This document shows positions 12,555-26,002 of a DNA stretch of 64,000 nt, in pieces. This DNA is from Antechinus flavipes (taxonomy: Eukaryota), in contig NC_067398.1 in NCBI RefSeq assembly GCF_016432865.1, positions 678,094,001 through 678,158,000 of the forward strand, given 5' to 3'. Below the pieces are notes generated by a model. The model searched no databases and had not been told where the DNA came from. It saw only the letters and a program-made list of their open reading frames with translations. Position 1 is the stretch's first letter, and each line of letters opens with the position of its first letter. Position numbers and translations under genes: made by a program.

Positions 12555-13067
12555 GTGAGCATGAGCTTTGTCTTCCCCTTTGTGGAGGATCCCCTTGGAG
12601 TGGGGAGGGAGCTGGTCGATCTCTATTTGCCCTATGGTGGGAAGCAGCCATTTGTGTTGAAGACCCCAGGTATGTCTTGTTCTGGCAGTTCCTCCTCTTG
12701 AGCAGTTCCTCCCCATTGAGTGCTCTCCCTCCTGGTGTTCACTTTCAATCTGCCTCAGGTGGATGAGGGCAGTCTTGTGTTCTTTGTGCTGAAGTGCCCT
12801 TTGCCCTCTGGGGGGAAAATACATGTTCTCATTGAGGTCAGCTGGCTTGTGATGGAGGTAGAATGAATTTGGGGAGTGGGGGATGCCTCAGTCAGTATCT
12901 GGAAGGAAAGACGTGATCCTTGCAAGGCACAGCGTAGATCCATTGGAGAGCCAGCAGTCCCTTAGTCCCTACCTTTTGCTCCCTGACAGGTTTCAGATTC
13001 TCTGCTAGGGGACGTGGACCCTCAATGCTTGTTGGCTGGGGGATTGACTGACTTGCCCCTTTTACAG

Positions 13068-13181
13068 GAATGGATGAGAGCCTAAGTCCCAGCACCCAGA
13101 GTGCAGATCTACCCTCACCTGCACGTCCCAGATCTCCTGCTAGCGAGCCTATGGTGCCGACCATGCCAGCCACTGTTGCAG
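13068..13181 (+). CDS. Array small exon S2, 114 nt (MDESLSPSTQSADLPSPARPRSPASEPMVPTMPATVA)
   Basis: ccttttacag|GA acceptor; GCA G|GTAAGA donor; phase 1-1. Confidence 0.85.
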
Positions 13182-13826
13182 GTAAGAAAGACTCAGCCCT
13201 CTGCTTACAATCCTCCTCCTCGATTCAGTTTCCCACTTTGGGGGCATTCTGCATCTCAGGGACATTTGTGGGGCTCTTCTCAGAACCTGGAGATTGTGTG
13301 CCATTATCCTTGTGTCTTCCTTGCCTTCTTTTGGGGAAGTCTTTGCCTCCTTCTCTATTTCTTTGATATTGCACATCTGGCCTGCTTCCTTCTGGAAGAT
13401 GGAGGGGAAACAGAAGTTTACCAAGACGATTTGAGGAGAGGGCTTGGCCATAAATAGAGGGCATTTGCCAGGCTGCCCTGAATAAGGCAAAGAGGAGCCC
13501 TATCAGAAGCGATCTGGGCCATTGAGAGGTGAATGAGCTTAGAGACCAAGTCTCTCTCCGCCTGCAGCAGGGTGGGTCAGCGTCAGACTTGCACTCAGGC
13601 TCACAGTCTCCTAGAAGAAGTTGTGTGAGGAAAGTGCTTGCCCTGCAGGATGTTCCATGGCAAGTGTGGGAGGGAGAATGAATGGTGGAGTCTGGAGCCC
13701 TGGAGAGGGGAGCATCCATCTTTCTCACTGAGAGGAACCTTGAATGGAGCCATGAGGGTGACTGTGGGTCATTCGCAGGTAGCCCACTAGAGCCCTGCTC
13801 CTGTGCCAACCAATGCCCTCTTTTAG

Positions 13827-16681
13827 ATACAGGGTTATCGAGCAGAAGCCCAGATGCCATAGGTACGGGGCACGCATCCCCTGCCAGCGGAGAGGACCCG
13901 GAGCCCACCAGCCTGCCTGTGGTTGCATCCTCCATGGGAACCTCCACCTTTAGGAGCCCAGCAGTGACCGAGCCTGTAGAGACAGCTCCTGGCTCAGCCT
14001 CTGCTCAGGCCTCCAGCTTCCCTGTGGGCTCTGCCTCAGAGAGTCCAGCCCTGGACACCACCAAGGCCTCCATGTCCTCTCCAGGGACAGAGGACCCCAA
14101 ATCCTTGGAGACTTCTGCCACTGGGACGATGGGCACTAGTTCCCTGCCACAGGCTCCTACCCCAGGGAAGCCACAGGTGGTTCCAGGCTCCAGCGCTCCC
14201 CGCCCCTCCGGCTCCCAAGGGACAGTTTCCTCCCTTTCCCCCACGACCAGCCCCAGTGCAGACACCACAGCAGTAAGGGAGCCTGACAGCACGGAGCCTG
14301 CAGACAGTCCCCCAGGGAGCTCCTTCCCTCCGGAGTTCTCGGCTTCAGGGCAAACTAGCAGCCACACTCTTTCCCCAGCTCCTTCTCACACAGGCTTCCA
14401 TAGCCAAGTCCCAGAGATGGTCCCCACATCCATCCCAATGCACACGGGGACTTGGAGCACGGCAGGGAAGCCAGAAAGTGAGACGGGCCCTGGAGCCATT
14501 TCATCTGGGCCGCCCTCCACTGGCCTGAGTCAGTCGTCCTCCCCTGAGGCAGGAAGAGCAGCCATGGACACAACATCCATGGCAGGGAGCACAGGGACCT
14601 CATTATTGTCCATCAGTGTCCCTGTATCCACAGCGAGTTCGGGAACTCCCATCCCTACTAGAATGCCCAGCCCTTCCACGGGGAGCCTGGAGACCTCCTG
14701 GCCTGAGACAAGGACCTCCCCTTTCTCTCCCAATGTTGGCCATGGCATGGGCTCTGCCAGCACCCGGCTCCTCCCGTCGGCATCCCTGGCCACTGGGATA
14801 CCTGTTGGTACGACTGGGCAGCCATCTTTGGGGACCCCCATGCCCGAGGGGGGGGGCAGTTCTGCGGCTTCTCTTGCAACCTTCCCGCCCAGTGGGGGCA
14901 CACAGAGAAGCACTGGCTGGGAGTCCAGCCCCTTCTTCCTGCATGAGCCCAGTCCCACAGGCTCTGAGACCACGAGGGACGTCTCTGGCTCCCGGCTTCC
15001 TGCACAGACTTCCACACTGAGACACGTCCCAGCTCCCACCGCGGGGCCCAGCACTGACACACCGGGTCTTCCCCCCTGGGACCACAGCTCCAGTGTGCCA
15101 GTGACCATTGGTGGGGCTGAGACCCCCTCCGGGCTGGGGCCAAGGACCGCAGGTGGAGCTTCTGCCTCTAGTGACCCTCTTGCTCATCCTGGGGAAGGTG
15201 CAACGGTCTCATGGTTTTCTAGCCCAGCTGAGGCCGCCATGGGTGTGCTAAGCTCCAGCCTGGATTGGCTCCGGATTCCCACAGTAGTCACCCCTGAAGC
15301 CCCCTCTGAGTCCAGCACCCTGGGGGATGATGGGAGTTCTTCTGTCCCTGGTATTGAAAGGACAAAGCTGCCTCCCAGCAGTCAGAGCACAGTCAGAAGG
15401 GCCACCCCTCCTGCCTCACCCTCACCTGTGGAGATCCCAACCCGGGAAGGAGGGGCCGGGGCAGCTGCCTCAGTGACTGCCTCCCTGCCTGTAGATTCCA
15501 CTCCCTCAGGCCCTGGGAGTGGAGCCCCAGGTTCTGCCTCCTTGGCCATTAGCTCCCCAGGGGATGGGAGTAGAACCTATGAGCTGTCAGCCACAGCCTC
15601 AGAGACCACCTCCCTTCATTCCCTGACGATGTCACCAGTGGAAGTTTCCACCAGGGAAGTCCCAGCTACTGTGACAAGAGAGGGCACTGAAGGGACATTG
15701 AGTCAAGAGCTCCCTACCAGCCCAGGAGACATCCCAGTCTCCTCTAGGGACACAGCTCCCACAGCGACAATCCATCTTCTGCAGGAGGTATCCCTTGGGC
15801 CAAGTACAGAAGGTCTGCCTGTCACTGACCTGCCAACAATGACTGAGACCACATCCCCATCGGCCCCTGGGCTGGCTGCAGAAGCCAGCTCAGCTTCTCC
15901 TCTTGCTCCGGTCACACGGCTCAGCCCTTCTGCCACATCCACCAAGTACACAGCAGAGACCTTTGGAGCATCTTGGGCTGGGACCGTTTCTTTGGGCCCC
16001 ACCAACTTCATGACAGAGACCTCACGGTCTGGGCTGGCCACCTACAAAGACAGGGTTGTGTCCACCTTCTCAGAGAATGTCAGGAAAGAAACAGCTTCTA
16101 CTTCAGCTTCTCCTTTGGTCACAGCAACAGGGTCCCTGGGGTCTACAGAGCAGGAGTCCAGCCCCATGCAATCAGGCTTGTCAACCAGTGAGGAATGGAA
16201 TGGTTCCAGTCTCAGCCCTCCTCTGACCAGCGTTTCCATCACCTCAGCTCCTAGCTCACAGTCCCCTTCCTCTGGCTCTGGGAGCAGCCCCCCAATGGCA
16301 CCAGACACCAGCTTTGCCAGTGCCCTGGACAGCACCTCGTCCCCAGGAGCTACCCTTGTACCTGTGCAGTCCTCAGAGGCCACAGCGACTACTTCCGGTC
16401 TGTCACATTCCAACCCAGATTCCTCGGCTGCATTCATGACCTCCTCTGATTGGACCCAGAGCTCTGCACCAGGGATGGCCATATCCTCCGGGTCCCCTGT
16501 GACTTTTTCCACCACCACTCAGATATTAATAGGGCCTTTCACACCAGCGTTGAGAGACATGGAGGCCCTGTGGACATCTCTCCCTTCACACTCAGGGAGC
16601 AGCCTCACAGTGGATGTCTTTTCCCCATCGGGTACAGTCTGGGTTTCAGTCCCGGGTGCTTTGAGCTTAGCTCATCCCCAT
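13827..16681 (+). CDS. Array large exon L2 (3' end uncertain)
   Basis: Acceptor as L1; open frame. Homologous GTGAGC donor at 16682 is out of phase because of a 1-bp deletion. In-phase alternatives end at 16631 or 16715. Confidence 0.7.
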
Positions 16682-17139
16682 GTGAGCATGACCTTACCTG
16701 CTTCTTCCCCTTTGGGTAGGATCTACTTGGCGTGGGGAGGTTGATCCCTTTCTGCTCTATGGTGGGAAGGAACCACTTGTGTTGAAGACCCCAAGGCATG
16801 TGTGTTCTGGCTGGAGGTCTTCTTGAGAGATTACTCCCCTTTGAGTGCTCTGCCTACTGTTGATCACTTTTTATCTGCCTCTGGTAGATGAAGGAAGCTT
16901 GTGATCTTGTGCTGAAGTGCCCCTTGTCCTCTGGCAGGAAATTGCATCTTCTCTTTGCAGTTAGCTGGCTTGGATAGGAGATAGAATGGATTAGAGAGGG
17001 GAGGTCACCTCAGCCAGTGTCTGGAAGGGAAGGTGTGATCCTTGCAACACACAGAGTCTTTCTTCTCAAAGCCTCAGCTAGGGTACAGGTCCCTCACTGC
17101 TTTTTGGCTGGGGGATTGATTGACTTGCCCTTTTTACAG

Positions 17140-17253
17140 GAATGGGTGAGAGCCTAAGTCCCAGCACCCAGAGTGCAGATCTACCCTCACCTACACGTCC
17201 CAGATCTCCTGCTAGCGAACCCATGGTGCCGACCATGCCAGTCACTGTTGCAG
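17140..17253 (+). CDS. Array small exon S3, 114 nt
   Basis: tttttacag|GA ... GCA G|GTAAGA; open; phase 1-1. Confidence 0.85.
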
Positions 17254-17958
17254 GTAAGAACGACTGAGCCCTCTGCTTACACTGGGGGACAATCCTCCTC
17301 TGTTCAGTTTCCCACTTTGGGGGCATTCTGCATCTCAGGGACACTTGTGGGGCTCTTCTCGGTTCTTGCAGATTATATGCCATTATCCTTGTCTCTTCAT
17401 TGCCATCTTTGGGGGAAGTCTTTGCCTTTCTCTCTGTTTCTTTGGGATTGTACATCAGGCCTGCTTCCTTTTAGAAGATGGAAGGGAAGCAAAGTATGGT
17501 TTCTCCACTGCTTTTTTGAGACATTGCTAGGAGAGTTCTTGACTATAGATAAATAGTCGTCATTTGTCCATTTGCCCTGGCTAAGCCAACGAAGGGGACT
17601 GAAGGAGCTGCTCTGGGCAACTGAGAGGTGAATGAGGACATATGGAAAAGGTCAGGACAGACTCAGGGATAGAGAAGGTCAGTCTCTTTCTGCCTGCAGC
17701 AGGGTGGGTCAGCGTCAGACTTGCACTCAGGCTCACAGTCTCCTAGAAGAAGTTGTGTGAGGAAAGTGCTTGCCCTGCAGGATATTCCATGGCAAGTGTG
17801 GGAGGGAGAATGAATGGTGGAGTCTGAAGCTTTGGAGACGGGAGCATCCGTCTTTCCCACTGAGAGGAACCTTGAATGGAGCCACGAGGGTGACTGTGGG
17901 TCATTCGCAGGTAGCCCACTAGAGCCCTGTTCCTGTGCCAACCAATGCCCTCTTTTAG

Positions 17959-20900
17959 ATACAGGGTTATCGAGCAGAAGCCCAGATGCCATAGGTACGG
18001 GGCACGCATCCCCTGTCAGCAGAGAGGACCCGGAGCCCACCAGCCTGCCTGTGGTTGCATCCTCCATGGGAATCTCCACCTTTAGGAGCCCAGCAGTGAC
18101 CGAGCCTGTAGAGACAGCTCCTGGCTCAGCCTCTGCTCAGGCCTCCAGCTTCCCTGTGGGCTCTGCCTCAGAGAGTCCAGCCCTGGACACCACCAAGGCC
18201 TCCATGTCTTCTCCGGTGACAGAGGACCCCAAATCCTTGGAGACTTCTGCCACCAGGACGATGGGCACTGGCTCCCGGCCAAAGGCTCCTATCCCGGGGA
18301 AGCCGCAGGTGGTTCCAGGCTCCAGCGCTCCCCGCCCCTCCGGCTCCCAAGGGACAGTTTCCTCCCTTTCCCCCATGGCCAGCCCCAGTGCAGACACCAC
18401 AGCAGCAAGGGAGTCTGACAGCACGGAGCCTGCAGACAGTCCCCCAGGGAGCTCCTTCCCTCCGGAGTTCTCGGCTTCAGGGCAAACTAGCAGCCACACT
18501 CTTTCCCCAGCTCCTTCTCACACAGGCTTCCATAGCCAAGTCCCAGAGATGGTCCCCACATCCATCCCAATGCGCATGGGGACTTGGAGCACGTCAGGGA
18601 GGCCGGAAAGTGAGACGGGCCCTGGAGCCATTTCATCTGGGCCACCCTCCACTGGCCTGAGTCAGTCGTCCTCCCCTGAAGCAGGAGGAGCAGCCACAGA
18701 CACAACATCCATGGCAGGGAGCACAGGGACCTCGTTATTGTCCATCAGTGTCCCTGTATCCACAGCGAGTTTGGGAACTCCCATCCCTTCTAGAATGCCC
18801 AGCCCTTCCACGGGGAGCCTGGAGACCTCCTGGCCTGAGACAAGGACCTCCCCTTTCTCTCCTGGTGTGGTCCACATGGGCCACAGCACGGGCTCTGCCA
18901 GCACCCGGCTCCTCCCGTCGGCATCCCTGGCCACTGGGATACCTGTTGGTACGACTGGGCAGCCGTCTTTGGGGACTCCCATGCCCGAGGGGGGGGCCAG
19001 TTCTGCGGCTTCTCTTGCAACCTTCCCACCCAGTGGGGGCACACAGAGCAGTGCGGGTGGGGAGTCCAGCCCCTTCCTCCTGCATGAGCCCAGTCCCACA
19101 AGCTCTGAGACCACGATGGATGTCTCTGGCTCCCGGCTTCCTGCACAGACTTCCACACTGAGACACGTCCCAGCTCCCACCGTGGGGCCCAGCACTGACA
19201 CACCGGGTCTTCCCCCCTGGGACCACAGCTCCAGTGTGCCAGTGACCATTGGTGGGGCTGAGACCCCCTCCGGGCTGGGGCCAAGGACCGCAGCTGGAAC
19301 TTCTGCCTCTAATGACCCTCTTGCTCATCCTGGGGAAGGTACAACGGTCTCATGGTTTTCTAGCCCAGCTGAGGCCGCCATGGGTGTGCTAAGCTCCAGC
19401 CTGGATTGGCTCCGGATTCCCACAGTAGTCACCCCTGAAGCCCCCTCTGAGTCCAGCACCCTGGGGGATGATGGGAGTTCTTCTGTCCCTGGTATTGAAA
19501 GGACAAAGCTGCCTCCCAGCAGTCAGAGCACAGTCAGAAGGGCCACCCCTCCTGCCTCAGCTTCATCCATGGAGATCCCAACCCGGGAAGGAGGGGCTGG
19601 CGCAGCTGCCTCAGTGACTGCCTCCCTGCCTGTAGGTTCCACTCCCTCAGGCCCTGGGAGTGGAGCCCCAGGTTCTGCCTCCTTGGCCATTAGCTCCCCA
19701 GGGGAGGGGAGTAGAGCCCATGAGCTGTCAGCCACAGCCTCAGAGACCACCTCCCTTCATTCCTTGACCACGTCACCAGTGGAAGTGTCCACCAGGGAAG
19801 TCCCAGCTACTGTGACAAGAGAGGGCACTGAAAGGAGACTCAGTCAAGAGCCCCCTACTAGCCCAGAAGTCATCCCAGTCTCCTCTAGGGACACAGCTCC
19901 CACAGGGACAAGCCCCCTTCTGCAGGAGGTATCCCTTGGGCCAAGTACAGAAGGTCTGCCTGTCACTGACCTGCCAACAATGACTGAGACCATATCCCCA
20001 TCGGCCCCTGGGCCGGCTGCAGAAGCTAGCTCAGCTTCTCCTCTTGCTCCGGTCACATGGCTCAGCCTTTCTGCCACATCCCCCAAGTCCACAGCAGAGA
20101 CCCGTGGAGCATCTTGGGCCAGGACTGTTTCTTTGGGCCCAACCCACTTCATGACAGAGACCTCAAGGTCTGGGCTGGCCACCTATGAAGACAGGGTTGT
20201 AGCCACCTTCTCAGAGAAGACCAGTGGGGAAACAGCTTCCATTTCAGCTTCTCCTCTTGCTCCGGTCACATGGCTCAGCCCTTCTGCCACATCCCCCAAG
20301 TCCACAGCAGAGACCCTTGGAGCATCTTGGGCCGAGACCGTTTCTTTGGGCCCCACCAACTTTACGACAGAGACCTCAAGGTCTGGGCTGGCCACCCACG
20401 CAGACAGGGCTGTGTCCACCTTCTCAGAGAATGTCAGCGAGGAAACAGCTTCTACTTCAGCTGCTCCTTTGGTCACAGCAACAGGGTCCCTCGGGTCTAC
20501 AGAGCAGGAGTCCAGCCCCACGCGATCAGGCATGTCTACCACTGAGGAGTGGAATGGTTCCAGTCTCAGCCCTCCTCTGACCCGCGTTTCCATCACCTCA
20601 GCTCCTAGCTCACAGTCCCCTTCCTCTGGCTCTGGGAGCAGCCCCCCAACGGCACCAGACACCAGCTTTGCCAATGCCCTGGAGAGCACCTCGTCCCCAG
20701 GGACCAGTCTTGTGTCTGTCCAGTCCTCAGAGGCCGCAGCAACTACTTCCGGGCTGTCACACTCCTACCCAGGCTCCTCGGCTGAGTTCATGCCCCCCTC
20801 CACTGCTTCGACCAAGAGCTCTGCACCTGGGATGGCCACATCTTCCAGGTCCCCTGTGACCTTTCCCATCACCACTGCGTCAGAGACAAATTCCAAAGGG

Positions 20901-21060
20901 AGAACAGCAGGGCCATTCACACCATATTTAGGAAATACGGAGCCTCTGTGGACAACTGTCTCTTCGCACTCAGGGATCAGTCTCCCGGTGGACGTCTCTT
21001 CCCCATCGGGTATTGTATGGGTTTTAGTCGCTGGTGTTTCCAGCTCGGTCCCATCCCCAT
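17959..21060 (+). CDS. Array large exon L3, 3102 nt (contains a 213-nt duplication)
   Basis: cttttag|AT acceptor; CCA T|GTGAGC donor; open. Confidence 0.8.
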
Positions 21061-21573
21061 GTGAGCATGAGCTTTTTCTTCCTCTTTGTGGAGGATCCAC
21101 TTGGAGTGGGGAGGGTGCTCGTCAATCCCTTTCTCTTCTATGGTGGGAAGTAGCCATTTCTGTTGAAGACCCCAGGTACGCCTTGTTCTAGGCGTTCCTC
21201 CTCTTGAGCGGTTTCTCCCCCTTGAGTGTTCTCCCTCCTGGTGGTAAGTTTGGTTCTGTCCTTGGTAGAAGAGGGCAGTCTTGTGTTCTTTGTGCTGAAG
21301 TGCCCTTTGCCCTCTGGGAAGAAATCACATGATCTCATTGAGGTCAGCTGGCTTGTGAAGGAGGTAGAAGGGATTTGGGGAGTGGGGGACACCTCAGTCA
21401 GCCTGGAAGAGAAGGCGTGATCCTTGCAAGGCACAGCGAAGATCCACTGGAGAGTCAGCAGTCCCTTCTTCCCTTCCATTTGCTCCCTGAAAGGTCTCAG
21501 AGGTGGCTCAGGTTAGGGATTGGACCCTCACTGCTTGTTGGCTGGGGGATTGATTGACTTGCCCTTTTTACAG

Positions 21574-21687
21574 GAATGGGTGAGAGCCTAAGTCCCAGCA
21601 CCCAGAGTGCAGATCTACCCTCACCTGCACGTCCCAGATCTCCTGCTAGCGAGCCCATGGTGCCGACCATGCCAGCCACTGTTGCAG
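21574..21687 (+). CDS. Array small exon S4, 114 nt
   Basis: tttttacag|GA ... GCA G|GTAAGA; open. Confidence 0.85.
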
Positions 21688-22392
21688 GTAAGAACGACTG
21701 AGCCCTCTGCTTACACTGGGGAACAATCCTCCTCTGTTCAGTTTCCCACTTTGGGGGCATTCTTCATCTCAGGGACACTTGTGGGGCTCTTCTCGGTTCT
21801 TGCAGATTATATGCCATTATCCTTGTCTCTTCATTGCCATCTTTGGGGGAAGTCTTTGCCTTTCTCTCTGTTTCTTTGGGATTGTACATCAGGCCTGCTT
21901 CCTTTTAGAAGATGGAAGGGAAGCAAAGTATGGTTTCTCCACTGCTTTTTTGAGACATTGCTAGGAGAGTTCTTGACTATAGATAAATAGTCGTCATTTG
22001 TCCATTTGCCCTGGCTAAGCCAACGAAGGGGACTGAAGGAGCTGCTCTGGGCAACTGAGAGGTGAATGAGGACATATGGAAAAGGTCAGGACAGACTCAG
22101 GGATAGAGAAGGTCAGTCTCTTTCTGCCTGCAGCAGGGTGGGTCAGCGTCAGACTTGCACTCAGGCTCACAGTCTCCTAGAAGAAGTTGTGTGAGGAAAG
22201 TGCTTGCCCTGCAGGATGTTCCATGGCAAGTGTGGGAGGGAGAATAAATAGTGGAGTCTGAAGCTTTGGAGAGGGGAGCATCCGTCTTTCCCACTGAGAG
22301 GAACCTTGTATGGAGCCACGAGGGTGACTGTGGGTCATTCGCAGGTAGCCCACTAGAGCCCTGCTCCTGTGCCAACCAATGCCCTCTTTTAG

Positions 22393-24714
22393 ACACAGGG
22401 TTATCGAGCAGAAGCCCAGATGCCATAGGTACGGGGCACGCATCCCCTGTCAGCGGAGAGGACCCGGAGCCCACCAGCCTGCCTGTGGTTGCATCCTCCA
22501 TGGGAACCTCCACCTTCAGGAGCCCAGCAGTGACCGAGCCTGTAGAGACAGCTCCTGGCTCAGCCTCTGCTCAGGCCTCCAGCTTCCCTGTGGGCTCTGC
22601 CTCAGAGAGTCCAGCCCTGGACACCACCAAGGCCTCCATGTCCTCTCCAGGGACAGAGGACCCCAAATCCTTGGAGACTTCTGCCACCAGGACGATGGGC
22701 ACTGGCTCCCGGCCAAAGGCTCCTACCCCGGGGAAGCCGCAGGCAGTTCCAGGCTCCAGCACTCCCCTTCCCTCCGGCTCCCAAGGGACAATTTCCTCCC
22801 TTTCCCCCATGGCCAGCCTCAGTGCAGACACAGCAGCAAGGGAGTCTGACAGCACGGAGCTTGCAGACAGTCCCCCAGGGAGCTCCTTCCCTCCGGAGTT
22901 CTCGGCTTCAGGGCAAACTAGCAGCCACACTCTTTCCCCAGCTCCTTCTCACACAGGCTTCCATAGCCAAGTCCCAGAGATGGTCCCCACAGCCATCCCA
23001 ATGCACACGGGGACTTGGAGCACAGCAGGGAGGCCGGAAAGTGAGACGGGCCCTGGAGCCATTTCATCTGGGCCACCCTCCACTGGCCTGAGTCAGTCGT
23101 CCTCCCCTGAGGCAGGAAGAGCAGCCATGGACACAACATCCATGGCAGGGAGCACAGGGACCTCGTTATTGTCCATCAGTGTCCCTGTATCCACAGCGAG
23201 TTCGGGAACTCCCATCCTTACTAGAATGCCCAGCCCTTCCACGGGGAGCCTGGAGACCTGGTCTGAGACAAGGACCTCCCTTTTCTCTCCTGGTGGGGTC
23301 CACACAGGCCGCAGCACGGGCTCTGCCAGCACCCTGGGGGAAGGAGGGAGTTCTGCTGTCCCTGGTACTGAAAGGACAAAGCTGACTCCCAGCAGCCAGA
23401 GCACAGTCAGAAGGGCCACCCCTCCTGCCTCAGCTTCATCAGTGGAGCTCCCAACCCGGGAAGGAGGGGCCGGGGCAGCTGCCTCAGTGACTGCCTCCCT
23501 GCCTGTAGGTTCCACTCCCTCAGGCCCTGGGAGTGGAGCCCCAGGTTCTGCCTCCTTGGCCATTAGCTCCCCAGGGGAGGGGAGTAGAGCCCATGAGCTG
23601 TCAGCCACAGCCTCAGAGACCACCTCCCTTCATTCCTTGACCACGTCACCAGTGGAAGTGTCCACCAGGGAAGTCCCAGCTACTGTGACAAGAGAGGGCA
23701 CTGAAAGGAGACTCAGTCAAGAGCCCCCTACTAGCCCAGAAGTCATCCCAGTCTCCTCTAGGGACACAGCTCCCACAGGGACAAGCCCCCTTCTGCAGGA
23801 GGTATCCCTTGGGCCAAGTACAGAAGGTCTGCCTGTCACTGACCTGCCAACAATGACTGAGACCACATCCCCATCGGCCCCTGGGCCGGCTGCAGAAGCC
23901 AGCTCAGCTTCTCCTCTTGCTCTGGTCACACAGCTCAGCCCTTCTGCCACATACCCCAAGGCCCTGTCAGAGACCCTTGGAGCTTCTTGGGCTGGGACTG
24001 TTTCTTTGGGCCCCACCAACTTCATGACAGAGACCTCACGGTCTGGGCTGGCCACCTACAAAGACAGGGTTGTAGCCACCTTCTCAGAGAATGTCAGCAA
24101 GGAAACAGCTTCTACTTCAGCTGCTCCTTTGATCACAGCAACAGGGTCTCTGGGGTCTGCAGAGCAGGAGTCCAGCCCCACGCAATCAGGCCTGTCCACC
24201 ACTGAGGAGTGGAATGGTTCCAGTCTCAGCCCTCCTCTGACCCGCATTTCCATCACCTCAGCTTCTAGCTCACAGTCCTCTTCCTCTGGCTCTTGGAGCA
24301 GCCTCCCAACGGCACCAGACACCAGCTTTGCCAATGCCCTGGAGAGCACCTCATCCCCAGGGACCAGTCTTGTGTCTGACCAGTTCTCAGAGGCCGCAGC
24401 GACTACTTCCGGGCTGTCACACTCCAACCTAGGCTCCTCGGCTGAGTTCATGCCCTTCACTGCTTGGACCAAGAGCTCTGCACCTGGGATGGCCACATCT
24501 TCCGGGTCCCCTGTGACCCTTCCCATTACCACTGAGGCAGAGAGGAACACCAAAGGGAAAACAGCAGGGCTATTCACCACATCAAGAGACATGGAGCCCC
24601 TGTGGACATCTTTCCCTTCACACTCAGGAATCAGCCTCCCAGTGGATGTCCCTTCCCCATCGGGTACTGTCTCGGTTTCAGTCCCTGGTGCTTTGAGCTT
24701 AGCCCTGTCCCCAC
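22393..24714 (+). CDS. Array large exon L4 (555-nt deletion type; 3' end uncertain)
   Basis: Acceptor intact; open frame. Homologous donor reads C|CTGAGC (GT lost). An in-phase alternative ends at 24663. Confidence 0.7.
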
Positions 24715-25213
24715 CTGAGCATGACCTTACCTGCTTCTTCCCCTTTGGGTAGGATTCACTTGGATTGGAAGGTTGTTCCCTTTCTGCCCTATGGTGGGAA
24801 GCAGCCACTTGTGTTCAAGCCCTAAAGGCATTTGTTACTCTGGCTGGAGGAGGTCTTGAGAGTTTACTCCCCTTTGTGTGCTCTGCTTACTGTTGATCAT
24901 TTTTGATCTGCCTCTGGGGGATGAAGGAAGCCTTGTGATCTTGTGCCTAAAGTGCCCCTTGTCCTCTGGGAGGAAATTGCATGTTCTCATTGTGGTCAGT
25001 TGGCTCGGACAGGAGATAGAATGGATTGGGGCAGGGGGTCCCTCAATCAGTGTCTAAGGGAAGGCATGATCCTTGCAACATCCAGTGAAGATCCATCGGA
25101 ACCTCAGCAGGCCCTCAAAGTTTTTCTTCCTGACAGGTCTCAGAGTCCCTGCTAGGGTACAGGACCCTCACTGCTTGTTGGCCGGGAGATTGACTGACCT
25201 ACCCTTTTTTCAG

Positions 25214-25327
25214 GAATTGATGAGAGCCTAAGTCCCAACACCCAGAGTGCAGATCTACCCTCATCTGAACCTCCCAGATCTCCTGCTAGCGAGCCCATGG
25301 TGCCGACCCCGCCAGCCACTGTTGCAG
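25214..25327 (+). CDS. Array small exon S5, 114 nt
   Basis: ccttttttcag|GA ... GCA G|GTCAGT; open. Confidence 0.8.
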
Positions 25328-26002
25328 GTCAGTAAGACTCAGCCTTCTGCTTACACTGGGGGACTATCCTCCTCCTCTGTTCAGTTTCCCACTTTGGGGG
25401 CATTCTGCATCTCAGGGACATTTGTGGGGCTCTTCTTGGTTCTTAGAGATTGCGTGCCATCATCCTTGTGTCTTCCTTGCCTTCTTTGGGGGAAGTCTTT
25501 GCCTTTCTATTTCTTTGGGATTGCACATCAGGCCTGTTTCCTTTTAGAAGATGGAGGAGAAGCAGAGTTTGGTTTCTCTAATGCCTTTCTGAGACATTTC
25601 TTGGAGAGTTTTTGATTATAGATAGGTAGCATTTGCCCATTTGCCCTGACTAAGCCAAAGAGGGAGACTGTAGAAGGGGGTCTCAGCAGCTGAGAGGTGA
25701 ATGAGGACATATGGAAAAAGTCTGAGGACCAGCTTGAAGATAAAGAGTATCTATCCTGCTGTGCATCAGCTTCAGACTTGCCCCTGGACTTGAGGAAGCA
25801 GTGAGGAAAGTGCTTGCCCAGGGGGAGGATCCATGGCAAGCGTGGGAGGGAGAATGAATGGTGGAGTCTGGAGCCCTGGAGAGGGGAGCATCCGTCTTTC
25901 CCACTGAGAGGAACCTTGAATGGAGCCACGAGGGTGACTGTGGGTCATTCGCAGGTAGCCCACTAGAGCCCTGCTCCTGTGCCAACCAATGCCCTCTTTT
26001 AG

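Noticed and set aside
12555-12960. Inverted mucin exon fragment in the post-L introns (minus strand reads TEASPTPQIHSTSITSQLTS)
   Set aside because: The intron start is homologous to ordinary intron starts after 7280 and 35582; T/G-rich introns read as Thr/Pro/Ser on the reverse strand; the frame has stops and no convincing alignment to forward exons
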